From NCBI GenBank assembly GCA_045577435.1, contig JAZNIL010000061.1, positions 583-64,582 on the forward strand: 64,000 nucleotides of DNA, in the 5' to 3' direction. A program made the translations under genes and the position numbers. The notes below the pieces were generated by a model. The model did not search any database. It was not told the DNA's origin and saw only the letters and a list, made by a program, of their open reading frames with translations. This DNA is from Faecousia sp. (GTDB taxonomy: Bacteria; Bacillota; Clostridia; Oscillospirales; Oscillospiraceae). Below are positions 9,886-19,019 of the stretch, in pieces. The stretch's first letter is position 1, and each line of letters begins with the position of its first letter.

Positions 9886-12204
9886 CTAATCGGCTGCTGT
9901 TGTATCGGTAAATTCCAGTGTTATGGTAGTTCCCAGCGGAACAGTGGTATCTTTCTCATGGGATTGGGCTGTTACGGTTACATTGGGAGCTACGGAGTCA
10001 TTACCGGTAACACGGATATTCAGCCCCAAATTACCTGCGGCGTCCGCTGCCTGCTGTCTGTTCATGCCGGCAAAGTCCGGGACGGTAACAACGGTATCGG
10101 CAGTTTCTCCAAAATAAGCAATGACCCGGCTTCCGGCAGGTACACTCTCTCCCGCCTTGGGAAGCTGGCCTGTGATCACGTCCTGTGTTCCACGGCTGTA
10201 TAAGGTAAGCCCTGATTTTTTCAGAAGCGCTGCCCCTTCCTGCTGGGTCAGCCCCGTCAGATCCTCCACAATCACCGTTTCTTCCACTTGAGTCTTTTCC
10301 ACGCCCAGATAAGGGAGGATCTCCGCCATCACAGCCCCAACCGTAGGCGCTGCCATCACGCCCCCGGAAATGTAGATCCCGGTCTGTCGGGAGGGTGTGT
10401 CCAAGGCTACCAGTACAATATACTCCGGATCGTCCATGGGCGCAACCCCCACAAATGATACGATTTTATCCAGAGTTTTTTGGCCATTGTCATCCAAAAC
10501 GTCAATTTTTTCACTGGTTCCCGTCTTTCCACCAATAGAAAATCCGGAAACTGTGGCATTTTTGGCAGTTCCTTCCGTTACCACCGATTCCATGAGGGTA
10601 CACATGGTCTGGGAGGTCTGCTCGCTGATCACCTGGCGGATCATTGTTGGCTCCTGCTTTAAGATGGTATTACCTTGTGCGTCTAATACCTCGGATACTA
10701 TGTAAGGCTCCATCAGATACCCGCCGTTGACTACACAGGAGATGGCCCGCACCAATTGCAACGGTGTCAGCTTAAAGGTCTGTCCGAAGGATCCGGAGGT
10801 CAGGGAGGCTGTGCCCCACTTGTCCGTATTCGTCACCAGTTCTTTGCTGAAAAAGACACCTTTGCTCTCTCCGGCTAAGTCAATGCCTGTTTTATCCAGT
10901 ATACCAAATTTTTCCACATATTCATAGAACTTTTCGCCGCCCAGTTTCAGGGCGATATGGGCAAAGGCAAGGTTGCAGGAATTTTGAAGTGCCTGTGGGG
11001 TCTGCTGGCTGCCGTGTCCTGTGGAGCGCCAGCAGTGCAGCCGTTGGGAACGTCCGGGAATCTGCTCCGCCCCGGAACAGTGGAAAGAGGTCTGCAGGTC
11101 TATAGCGCCGCAATCCAATGCTGCTGACATGGTCAGCACCTTAAAGGTAGAACCCGGTTCATAGCCATCGGACAGGCACCGGTTGCGCCACTGCTTCAGT
11201 CTTGCGGTTTGAATGGCTTCCTGATAGGCTGTCTTTCCGTCCAGATACAGCTGGGTATCCTCAGGATAATTCTCATAGGCACGCTTCATATTTTCCAGCT
11301 GGGCAGCCGTGTTTTCATCGTAGATTTCAAGATAGGCATTGGGGTCGTATCCTCCCAGTGTTGCCATGGCAAGGATTTCCCCGGTGTTCACATTCATCAC
11401 CATACCAAACGCACCGTTTTGAACATCATAACGGGCGATGGCATTGGCCATCTGCTTTTCAAGGCATGCCTGCACGGTGGTATCTATGGTAAGCACCACA
11501 TCGTTTCCCGGCTGGGAGGCAATGAAATTTTCATAGGAAAAGGGCATATCCATTTCGTTATTGCCCTTGGTGGTAATCACCTGGCTGTTGGAGGATTCCA
11601 GAAAGCTGTTATAGGAGGCCTCTATCCCCTCGGCGCCGGTGTTGGAGGCGTTGGTAAAGCCGATTACCTGGCTTGCCAGACTGCCGTAGGGATAATAACG
11701 TTTTGTACCCGGCTCCAGATGGATACCGGAAATATCATGCTCATTGATAAAACTGCGGATTTGTCCGGCTGTCTCCTCATCTACTCTGGCAGCGATCTGT
11801 TTATAGCGCATTTTGAAATCCTTGCTCTGTTCCAGAATCCACTGCTGATCCAGCTGAAGAATCTGGGCAAGGGTGGTGCTGACCAGGGTAAGATCCGCCT
11901 TTGATTGCTTCAGTTCATGGGGATTGAGATAAACCGTCTCCACTGACTGATTGCAGGCAAGGATGTCCATATTCCTGTCCAGAATCATCCCACGCTGGCC
12001 GGATACATTGGTGGTACGTGTCTGATTATTCAGCGCCAGGCGGGCATAGTACTCGTAATCGGTAACCATCAGCTGAAACAGCCGTGCCCCCACCGGAACA
12101 AAGGCGAGGATCCCAAACAGTATGCCTGTGAGCAAAATTCTTCTGTGCTGTCCGCTATCCCGTCTCACCCGGACAAATTCCTGTTTTCTTGGTTTCTTAG
12201 CCAC
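9886..12204 (-). CDS. spoVD: Class B penicillin-binding protein SpoVD/FtsI with two C-terminal PASTA domains
   Basis: EPGSTFK (SxxK), SCN (SxN), KTGT; N-terminal TM; RGMILDRN; PASTA-like VPDFAGM; GTG start at 12204 after an RBS. Confidence 0.88.
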   Translation of the reverse strand: MAKKPRKQEFVRVRRDSGQHRRILLTGILFGILAFVPVGARLFQLMVTDYEYYARLALNNQTRTTNVSGQRGMILDRNMDILACNQSVETVYLNPHELKQSKADLTLVSTTLAQILQLDQQWILEQSKDFKMRYKQIAARVDEETAGQIRSFINEHDISGIHLEPGTKRYYPYGSLASQVIGFTNASNTGAEGIEASYNSFLESSNSQVITTKGNNEMDMPFSYENFIASQPGNDVVLTIDTTVQACLEKQMANAIARYDVQNGAFGMVMNVNTGEILAMATLGGYDPNAYLEIYDENTAAQLENMKRAYENYPEDTQLYLDGKTAYQEAIQTARLKQWRNRCLSDGYEPGSTFKVLTMSAALDCGAIDLQTSFHCSGAEQIPGRSQRLHCWRSTGHGSQQTPQALQNSCNLAFAHIALKLGGEKFYEYVEKFGILDKTGIDLAGESKGVFFSKELVTNTDKWGTASLTSGSFGQTFKLTPLQLVRAISCVVNGGYLMEPYIVSEVLDAQGNTILKQEPTMIRQVISEQTSQTMCTLMESVVTEGTAKNATVSGFSIGGKTGTSEKIDVLDDNGQKTLDKIVSFVGVAPMDDPEYIVLVALDTPSRQTGIYISGGVMAAPTVGAVMAEILPYLGVEKTQVEETVIVEDLTGLTQQEGAALLKKSGLTLYSRGTQDVITGQLPKAGESVPAGSRVIAYFGETADTVVTVPDFAGMNRQQAADAAGNLGLNIRVTGNDSVAPNVTVTAQSHEKDTTVPLGTTITLEFTDTTAAD

Positions 12205-12302
12205 ATCATCCCAACCTTTCCTCCATAGCAATTGTGGGCAGCAAGGGGGTATCCCTCGCCGCCCACGCAGCTGCTATTAAAGTCTATTGTTGGGAATGTT
12301 CT

Positions 12303-12776
12303 TTATGCAAAGAGTCCTGTCAAAAAGGTGACGATATCCTGCCAAACTGTGGGCTCTGCTTCCGGTATGGACTGGGGTACATGAATGGTGATTCTGGGGA
12401 TCTGCTCCTGGGGAACCATACCCAGCGCCAGAGCTGTGCTTCTGACTTCCTCCAGATCGTAGCTGTCCTCATACCGCTGCTGCAGAGTTTGGTTCTGGAG
12501 AGTAAGCTTCTCCACCACCTGCTCCATCCGGATATTCTCCATCTGCGCCTTGCGCAGCTGGGACACTCCCGTAAGCATGCTCACCAGCATTACAATGGCT
12601 ACAAAGATACTCAGCAGCGCCACAGGATCGATGTACACCTTAATCTTGCTAACCTTTCTTGCGGCAGGCTTTTTTACCTGTGCCGGCTTGATGAGCGGAA
12701 AAGCAGGCATGACCTTGCGGGCAGCACTGCCGTCTGTATAGTACTGTACATATCTTACATCCAGTTTCTGCGCCAC
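12303..12776 (-). CDS. ftsL: FtsL-like septum formation protein
   Basis: TM followed by coiled coil and ALALGM motif; position between rsmH and the PBP. Confidence 0.7.
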   Translation of the reverse strand: MAQKLDVRYVQYYTDGSAARKVMPAFPLIKPAQVKKPAARKVSKIKVYIDPVALLSIFVAIVMLVSMLTGVSQLRKAQMENIRMEQVVEKLTLQNQTLQQRYEDSYDLEEVRSTALALGMVPQEQIPRITIHVPQSIPEAEPTVWQDIVTFLTGLFA

Positions 12777-12801
12777 TGCTTTTCCTCCTTCCTGTGACCG
12801 T

Positions 12802-13740
12802 TTACAATTTCTCGCACACCCTCAGCTTTGCGCTGCGGGAGCGGGGATTTACTTCCAATTCCTCTTCTGAGGCAACGATGGGTTTTCTGTTTACCAACTT
12901 CACCTTGGGCTTTTTGCCGCATACACAAACCGGAAAGCTGGGCGGGCAGGTACAGCCCCTAGCATCTTCTGCCATAGCGTTTTTTACAATGCGGTCCTCC
13001 AGAGAGTGGAATGTGATTACCGCCAGTCTGCCGCCGGGATTGAGGAGCGGAATTGCCTCCTCCATCACCTTTTCCACAGAGCCAAGCTCATCATTTACCG
13101 CAATGCGGATAGCCTGAAAACTGCGTTTAGCGGGGTGCTGCTTTTCCCGGAGTGCCGCCGCAGGCATGGCCGAGCGGATAATATGCACAAGCTCCAGAGT
13201 GGTCTCGATGGTTTTTTCTTCTCTTCGGCGGCAAATGGCTGCCGCGATTTGGGGGGCGTAACGCTCCTCGCCGTAGATGTAGAGAATACGCTTCAGCTCC
13301 TCCTGCGGCCAAGTGTTCACAACCACTTTGGCGCTGAGGGCATCGCCGCCGTTCATACGCATATCCAGCGGTGCGTCTGTCATATAGGAAAATCCCCGGG
13401 CGCCATCATCCAGCTGGGGCGATGATACGCCCAGATCTAAGAGGATTCCATCCACACCGCTGATTCCCAAATCATTCAGTACAGAGGTAATCTGGCAGAA
13501 GTTGGCATGCACCAAGGTTACACGGTCCTTATAGGGCGCAAGCCGCTGGCCCGCGGCCTCCAGCGCCACCGGGTCACGGTCAATGCCGATGAGCCTTCCT
13601 CCCCCGGTCAGCAGCTGCGCGATCCTGCTGGAGTGCCCAGCGCCGCCCAGTGTGCCGTCCACATAAATACCGCCCGGTTTAATATCCAATCCGTCCAGAC
13701 ATTCCTGCAGCAGGACAGATACATGATGAAATTCTTTCAT
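12802..13740 (-). CDS. rsmH: 16S rRNA m4C1402 methyltransferase
   Basis: HVSVLL, DGTLGGAGHS, DLGVSSPQLD, FHSLEDRIVK, NPRSRSAKLR. Confidence 0.97.
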   Translation of the reverse strand: MKEFHHVSVLLQECLDGLDIKPGGIYVDGTLGGAGHSSRIAQLLTGGGRLIGIDRDPVALEAAGQRLAPYKDRVTLVHANFCQITSVLNDLGISGVDGILLDLGVSSPQLDDGARGFSYMTDAPLDMRMNGGDALSAKVVVNTWPQEELKRILYIYGEERYAPQIAAAICRRREEKTIETTLELVHIIRSAMPAAALREKQHPAKRSFQAIRIAVNDELGSVEKVMEEAIPLLNPGGRLAVITFHSLEDRIVKNAMAEDARGCTCPPSFPVCVCGKKPKVKLVNRKPIVASEEELEVNPRSRSAKLRVCEKL

Positions 13741-14180
13741 AGACCAATTGCCTCCAGAGATGCCAGGAGCTTCTCCGGTGTCAGGTTCTCCTGTTCAAAG
13801 GCCTGGAATTCTTCCGCATCCCAAATCTCCGCCTGGCCGGCCCGGCCGACGATCATCACATCCCGCTTGATTCCCGCATAGTCCAGCAGAAATTGGGTAA
13901 GGCCAAAGCGGAACTGCTTATCCGGTGAGCACTGGGTGGCATTCATAAAGATAAGGCTGGTAGCGGCAGAGCGCTGGGAGATGGGCAGCGCGTTATAGTT
14001 CTGCCCCAAGGTCTGCCAGTCCGTATCGGTATAGACGGTGAGACATCTGTGACCGCAGTTCACACCCAGAGTGACGTAGAAGTCCTCGCCCAGTTCCGCC
14101 CGCAGCTTGGCAGGCACGAACAGACGGTTCTTATCGTCCAGCTTGGCAGGGTATTTTCCGATCAAAGCGCTCACCTCCAC
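13737..14180 (-). CDS. mraZ: dcw transcriptional repressor MraZ
   Basis: Two DxxxR repeats (LDDKNRLFVP, DKQFRF), AEIWD; first gene of the dcw cluster. Exact start uncertain. Confidence 0.9.
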   Translation of the reverse strand: MEVSALIGKYPAKLDDKNRLFVPAKLRAELGEDFYVTLGVNCGHRCLTVYTDTDWQTLGQNYNALPISQRSAATSLIFMNATQCSPDKQFRFGLTQFLLDYAGIKRDVMIVGRAGQAEIWDAEEFQAFEQENLTPEKLLASLEAIGL

Positions 14181-14218
14181 TCCATTTTACTCCACTTAGC
14201 TACCATTTCACTCCATTT
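14176..14218 (-). promoter_or_regulatory. MraZ-binding direct repeats
   Basis: Minus strand AAATGGAG-TG-AAATGGTA-GC-TAAGTGGAG-T-AAAATGGAG: (A/G)TGG repeats at ~10 bp period between promoter and start, like the GTGG-type MraZ boxes known in Bacillus and Mycoplasma. Confidence 0.75.
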
Positions 14219-14224
14219 ACTGAC

Positions 14225-14253
14225 AGTATAACGGATTGAAATTCAAAAATCAA
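14225..14253 (-). promoter_or_regulatory. Putative sigA promoter of the dcw operon
   Basis: TTGATT-17 nt-TATACT directly upstream of the MraZ repeats. Confidence 0.7.
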
Positions 14254-14299
14254 TATTTTTCTCCACCTTTTTTAAAAAAATGGTAAAAAATACTGGAAA

Positions 14300-14334
14300 T
14301 TCCCAATTTTAGAACGATTGTTCTAAAATGGGAA
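14300..14334. repeat. Long palindrome containing GAAC-N4-GTTC
   Basis: TTCCC-A-ATTTTAGAAC-GATT-GTTCTAAAAT-GGGAA abutting the clpC stop codon. Confidence 0.8.
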
Positions 14335-16659
14335 TCAGCCACTGAAAACAAGGGATTCCGCTTCCCAGGTACCCTTTACTTTGAGAGGTCTTTTGTTGCA
14401 CTTAAGCAAAAACACCGCCAGAGGGTCTTCTACCCGTTGTTCCACAATTCGTCTAAGCTGCCGCGCCCCCGCGCTGCCGGTACACCCCTCTGCCAGCCGC
14501 TCTGCCAGATCCTCCGGCAGCTGCAGCTGCATCCCTGCCCCTCGGGATCGCTCCTGAAGCTGGGAAAGATACTTTCCCGCAATTCCCTTTAGCGCATCTT
14601 TATCCAGAGGCCGGAACCGGACGATCTGATCCAGACGGCCGAGAAATTCCGGAGTAAAGTGCTGCTTTAAACACTTGTCAATCCCATCATTCTGTCCTGC
14701 CGGCTGAAATCCCAAACCGTCAGATTTTTGCTCCCCTCCCAGATTGGATGTCATCACCACCACCGCGTTGCGGAAGCTGACTCTGCGTCCGGAGGAATCA
14801 GTCAGTTCCCCCTCTTCCATCACCTGCAGCAGGATACCGCAAACGTCCGGATGGGCCTTTTCCAGTTCATCCAGCAGCACCAAACAATAGGGTCTGCGGC
14901 GGACTGCTTCCGTTAATTTGCCGCCTTCTTCATAGCCCACATAACCCGGAGGCGCGCCGATAAGACGTGCAACCGCGTGCTTTTCCATAAATTCAGACAT
15001 ATCCAGCCGGATCATCGCATCCTTGCTGCCAAACAACTCCCCGGCCAATACCCTGCACAGCTCTGTCTTTCCCACACCGGTTGGGCCCGTCAAAAGCAGG
15101 CAGGCTACCGGACGCTGCCCATCTCGAATACCGCATAGACCCCGGCGTACAGCCTGCGCTGTTTTCTCCACGGCGGTATCTTGTCCGATCACCTGACGGT
15201 TCAGGGTGTCCTCCAGCTGGAGCATTTTTCTCCTTTCATCCGCTGTCAGTCTTCCCACCGGAATCCCTGTACGGGCGGAAACAGCCCAGGCTACATCCTC
15301 TCCCGTCACACGGCGAACCCGTCTTCCCTCCTCGGAATGTTGGGCAAGACGCTGCATCTTATCCCGCAGGACTGCCGCCTTTTCAAAGCGGCTTTCTCTT
15401 ACGGCTTCACTAAGCTCCTGTTCCAGTTCCTGTCTTGCCTCCTGTTTGGCGCTGCGGAGTTCCTCCATGCGGGCATGGGCAGCTCCCTCATCCACAAGAT
15501 CGATAGCCTTATCCGGTAAATAAAGATCCGGAAGATACCGCTGAGACAGCCGCAGTGCCTCTGTAAGGGCGTCCTCCCCTATGCGAATATGGTGATGCCG
15601 CTCCAGTCCCGGCCGCAGTCCCCGTAGGATCGCCATTGTTGCCGCCTCATCCGGCTCACACACATTCACCGGACGGAACCGGCGCTCCAAAGCCGGATCT
15701 TTTTCGATATACTTTCTGTATTCATCCAATGTGGTAGCGCCCAAAACCTGCAGCTCTCCCCTACCCAGGGCGGGCTTAAAAATATTGGCAGCATCGATGG
15801 CTCCCTCTGCCGCGCCCGCACCGACGATGGTATGCATTTCATCGACGAACAGGATAATATCCCCGCTGCGGCGGATTTCCGCCAACACATCCCGCAGGCG
15901 CTCCTCAAATTCGCCCCTATATTTGGTTCCTGCCACCAGATTTGCCATATTCAGACTAATCAGCCGTTTATCCTTCAGCTGGGGCGGCACATTGCCCACC
16001 GCCATCCGCTGGGCAAGACCTTCGGCGATGGCTGTTTTACCCACGCCCGGTTCCCCCACCAACGCGGGATTATTTTTATTTTTTCTGCTGAGAATCCCTA
16101 CCACCATATCGATCTCCCGTTCTCTGCCGATAACAGGATCCATAAGTGCCGTTTTTTGCAGCAGGTCTTCTCCAAACTGCTCTACAAGCTTCGTTGTAAC
16201 CGCCTCCTTTTTTGTTACTGCCGGTTTGCCGTTTTCCCATCGAATGTAATCCACAGTTCTGGAAAAAAGGCCTTCCGTATCCACGTCATTGAGTATCAAT
16301 AGTTCCCGTGCCGCTGTTTTCTGCTGACGCAGCAGGGACATGAGGACATGAATCACCTCTACCCGCCGTTTTCCCTGGAGTCTTGCCTCCACGCCCGCAC
16401 CGGTGAGAATTCTTTTTGCCTGATCCGAAAAGCCCTGGGGCATAGGAAGTCCAGCCGTACCCTTCCCATGGAGCACCATAGCCATCTGCTTTGCCACACG
16501 TCCATTGAAACCTGCCCCACGCAAAAGCTGGGAACTCAAATCTCTTTGGTCAGCCATTGCCAAAAGAATGTGGATACTGCCTACATAGCTGTGACCCATC
16601 ATGCTGGCCCGGCGGGCCGCTGAGACCAGCAGATTCTGGGTCTGCTGGGTATATTGCAT
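14335..16659 (-). CDS. ClpC-like class I Clp ATPase (Clp-N repeats, two AAA+ modules, UVR coiled coil)
   Basis: GEPGVGKT, FVDEMH, GTKYRGEFE, LPDKAIDL, FEKAAVLRD, GPTGVGKT, PPGYVG, DELEKAH, LGF ClpP-docking loop. Confidence 0.92.
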   Translation of the reverse strand: MQYTQQTQNLLVSAARRASMMGHSYVGSIHILLAMADQRDLSSQLLRGAGFNGRVAKQMAMVLHGKGTAGLPMPQGFSDQAKRILTGAGVEARLQGKRRVEVIHVLMSLLRQQKTAARELLILNDVDTEGLFSRTVDYIRWENGKPAVTKKEAVTTKLVEQFGEDLLQKTALMDPVIGREREIDMVVGILSRKNKNNPALVGEPGVGKTAIAEGLAQRMAVGNVPPQLKDKRLISLNMANLVAGTKYRGEFEERLRDVLAEIRRSGDIILFVDEMHTIVGAGAAEGAIDAANIFKPALGRGELQVLGATTLDEYRKYIEKDPALERRFRPVNVCEPDEAATMAILRGLRPGLERHHHIRIGEDALTEALRLSQRYLPDLYLPDKAIDLVDEGAAHARMEELRSAKQEARQELEQELSEAVRESRFEKAAVLRDKMQRLAQHSEEGRRVRRVTGEDVAWAVSARTGIPVGRLTADERRKMLQLEDTLNRQVIGQDTAVEKTAQAVRRGLCGIRDGQRPVACLLLTGPTGVGKTELCRVLAGELFGSKDAMIRLDMSEFMEKHAVARLIGAPPGYVGYEEGGKLTEAVRRRPYCLVLLDELEKAHPDVCGILLQVMEEGELTDSSGRRVSFRNAVVVMTSNLGGEQKSDGLGFQPAGQNDGIDKCLKQHFTPEFLGRLDQIVRFRPLDKDALKGIAGKYLSQLQERSRGAGMQLQLPEDLAERLAEGCTGSAGARQLRRIVEQRVEDPLAVFLLKCNKRPLKVKGTWEAESLVFSG

Positions 16660-16683
16660 CCATATCCCCTCCTTTACTCCCAG

Positions 16684-16712
16684 ATTCTTGCCACAGCCCC
16701 TGGAAAATATAC
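16684..16712 (-). promoter_or_regulatory. Candidate sigF-type promoter for the clpC paralog
   Basis: GTATA-15 nt-GGCAAGAAT resembles the Bacillus sigF consensus GYATA-N15-GGnnAnAnT. Confidence 0.45.
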
Positions 16713-16816
16713 ACCGGTAAATTCATAAAAAAACCATTGCTTTTTGTAAAACATGTGTTAGAATAAGAAAGAGCATTGATTCGGCAATGCAAGAATACAT
16801 ATTTGGAGGGAAAATC

Positions 16817-16987
16817 ATGGCTTACAAAATTACTGATGCTTGCGTTAAGTGCGGTAGCTGCGCTGACAATTGCCCCGTAGAGGCTATTTCTGAGGGCGAA
16901 GACATGTTCGTCATCGATGCTGATGTTTGTGTTGATTGCGGCAGCTGTGCTGACAATTGCCCCGTCGAAGCAATCGAGGAAGGCTGA
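16817..16987 (+). CDS. Clostridial-type 2[4Fe-4S] ferredoxin (56 aa)
   Basis: Two CxxCxxCxxxCP motifs; ATG after GGAGG; internal DNA duplication. Confidence 0.95.
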   Translation: MAYKITDACVKCGSCADNCPVEAISEGEDMFVIDADVCVDCGSCADNCPVEAIEEG

Positions 16988-17000
16988 TTCTCCGATCTGC

Positions 17001-17046
17001 AGTCGGCCTGCACTGCCGGGTTTCCGGTGTGCAGGCTGATTTTTTT
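17001..17046 (+). terminator. Intrinsic terminator after ferredoxin
   Basis: GTCGGCCTGCAC...GTGCAGGCTGAT stem followed by a T run. Confidence 0.75.
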
Positions 17047-17062
17047 AAATTTTGAGGTTTTT

Positions 17063-17761
17063 ATGGAACGGTTACAAAATGGCTATACCCTACAGATCCC
17101 CCCAGGCGCATTTCCTCTGAGTACAGATTCCATGGCTCTGGCTGCATTTGCAAAGCTTCCAAGACAAGCTAAGGTACTGGACATCGGTTCTGGCTGCGGC
17201 ACACTGGGGCTGCTCCTGTGCGCCCGGTATGCCGACTGTGCGGTTACCGGGGTTGAAATCGATACCGCTGCCCACGAGGGAGCGCTGGATAACGCCAAGG
17301 GGAACGGTCTTGGTTCTCGTCTTACCAGTATATGCGCGGATATGTGCCGAATCCCTGAACTAATTACTCCCGGCAGCTTTCATTGCTGCCTGTCCAATCC
17401 CCCCTACTACCCTCAGGAGCCTGCCAGCAGGACGCTGTCCGTGGCCCGTCAGGGCACAAACTGCGGGTTGGACGAACTTTTCCGGGGTGCGGCATGGGCA
17501 CTGAGGTACGGGGGAGATTTTTACCTTGTCCACAAGCCGGAGCGGCTGGCGCAGATTTGCGCCATGGCATCGGTACATAAGTTAGAGCCTAAACGTCTGC
17601 TGCTTCTGCGGCACAAGGCAGGCGACCCTGTATCCCTGATTCTGCTGCAATGCCGCAAAGGCGGCAACCCCGGACTGATCTGGGAGGAGCAGAGTCTTTA
17701 CCATGGGGACGGAACTCCCACCGAGTACTACCGTACCCTTTATCATGAGCAGGAGGAATGA
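17063..17761 (+). CDS. tRNA1(Val) A37 N6-methyltransferase (YabB/TrmN6 family)
   Basis: STDSMAL, LDIGSGCG, SNPPY amino-methyltransferase motif, EPKRL; upstream of rsmI as in the yabB-yabC locus. Confidence 0.85.
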   Translation: MERLQNGYTLQIPPGAFPLSTDSMALAAFAKLPRQAKVLDIGSGCGTLGLLLCARYADCAVTGVEIDTAAHEGALDNAKGNGLGSRLTSICADMCRIPELITPGSFHCCLSNPPYYPQEPASRTLSVARQGTNCGLDELFRGAAWALRYGGDFYLVHKPERLAQICAMASVHKLEPKRLLLLRHKAGDPVSLILLQCRKGGNPGLIWEEQSLYHGDGTPTEYYRTLYHEQEE

Positions 17762-17764
17762 TAT

Positions 17765-18595
17765 ATGCCTGGTATGTTATATCTGGTCCCTACCCCCATC
17801 GGTAATCTTGGGGACATCTCCGAACGTTGCCGGAAAATTCTGGAACAGGCAGATTTTATTGCCGCAGAGGATACCCGGGTAAGCTTGAAGCTGCTGAACC
17901 ATATGGGTATCAAAAAAAGCCTTGTCAGCTACCACGAGCATAACAAGGCACAAAAAGGTGGGGCAATCTTGGAGCGTATTCTTACCGGAGAAACCTGCGC
18001 GTTGGTCTCCGACGCGGGAAGTCCTGCCATTTCCGATCCCGGTGAGGATCTTGTAAAGCTTTGCGCACAGGCAGGCATTACAGTGTGCGCCATTCCCGGA
18101 CCCTGTGCCGCCATCACAGCATTGAGCATCTCCGGCCAGCCCACAGGGCGGTTTTGTTTTGAGGGATTTCTCTCCACTGCGAAAAAAAGCAGAAAAGAGC
18201 ATTTGGAGTCTCTGCAAAACGAGCAGCGCACTATGATCTTCTACGAAGCGCCCCACAAACTCACCGCCACCCTCCAGGATATGGAAGGAGTATTTGGTGG
18301 GGACAGACCCATCAGCCTGTGCAGGGAGCTGACAAAACTCCATGAGGAAGTGGTGCGCACCACACTCTCGGGCGCCATAGAGCTGTACACCCAACAGCCC
18401 CCGAAGGGAGAATTTGTGTTGGTGGTAGCCGGTGCTGCGCCGTTGGAAAAGGCAGCCCACACACCAGAAGAAGCTGCCCAGAGAGTTGCTCAGCTTGTAC
18501 AGGAGGGCATGAGCCGTAAAGATGCCATTAAGCAAACCGCGAAGGAGATGGATCTTCCCAAGAATGTGGTGTATGACGCAGTCCTCAGCGAATAA
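17765..18595 (+). CDS. rsmI: 16S rRNA C1402 2'-O-methyltransferase
   Basis: LYLVPTPIGNLGDI, AEDTR, VSDAGSPAISDPG, RELTKLHEE. Confidence 0.96.
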   Translation: MPGMLYLVPTPIGNLGDISERCRKILEQADFIAAEDTRVSLKLLNHMGIKKSLVSYHEHNKAQKGGAILERILTGETCALVSDAGSPAISDPGEDLVKLCAQAGITVCAIPGPCAAITALSISGQPTGRFCFEGFLSTAKKSRKEHLESLQNEQRTMIFYEAPHKLTATLQDMEGVFGGDRPISLCRELTKLHEEVVRTTLSGAIELYTQQPPKGEFVLVVAGAAPLEKAAHTPEEAAQRVAQLVQEGMSRKDAIKQTAKEMDLPKNVVYDAVLSE

Positions 18596-18598
18596 ATC

Positions 18599-18635
18599 AA
18601 AAACCGCAGCAGATCAACCTTCTGCTGCGGTTTTT
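18599..18635. terminator. Bidirectional terminator between rsmI and abrB
   Basis: AAAAACCGCAGCAGA...TCTGCTGCGGTTTTT. Confidence 0.85.
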
Positions 18636-18877
18636 CAGATCTTACTCATTTTTTCAATGCAATCCATGCACACATTTCGTCCCTGATAATTGACCAGTCC
18701 ACGGGAAGAAGAACAAAAAATACAGGATGGCTCATATTTTTTAAGCACTACCTTGTCATCATCAAGATAGATCTCCAATTCATCCCGCTCCGCAATATCC
18801 AGCGTACGCCGCAATTCTATGGGAAGAACAATACGTCCCAATTCGTCCACTTTTCGGACGATGCCTGTTGATTTCAT
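18635..18877 (-). CDS. abrB: AbrB family transition-state regulator
   Basis: MKSTGIVRKVDELGRIVLPIELRR, C-terminal CxxC...CxxC; convergent with rsmI as in Bacillus. Confidence 0.95.
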   Translation of the reverse strand: MKSTGIVRKVDELGRIVLPIELRRTLDIAERDELEIYLDDDKVVLKKYEPSCIFCSSSRGLVNYQGRNVCMDCIEKMSKI

Positions 18878-18936
18878 ATGGCATCGCGCTCCTTTCTTTC
18901 ATCTTGAACTAAATCGGTTCATTTCTAATTTTAGAC

Positions 18937-18965
18937 ATTATACTCGCTAACTATCTGTATGTCAA
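18937..18965 (-). promoter_or_regulatory. Consensus sigA promoter of abrB
   Basis: TTGACA-17 nt-TATAAT; immediately followed by TGTCTAA (one mismatch from a 0A box). Confidence 0.85.
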
Positions 18966-19019
18966 ATGTTTTTTAACCGGAAAAATCCCTCAGCTCCGGC
19001 ATAGAGTTTTCCAGGAGGG

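Noticed and set aside
16847-16965. Direct repeat TGCGG(T/C)AGCTG(C/T)GCTGACAATTGCCCCGT
   Set aside because: Explained by the internal duplication of 2[4Fe-4S] ferredoxins.
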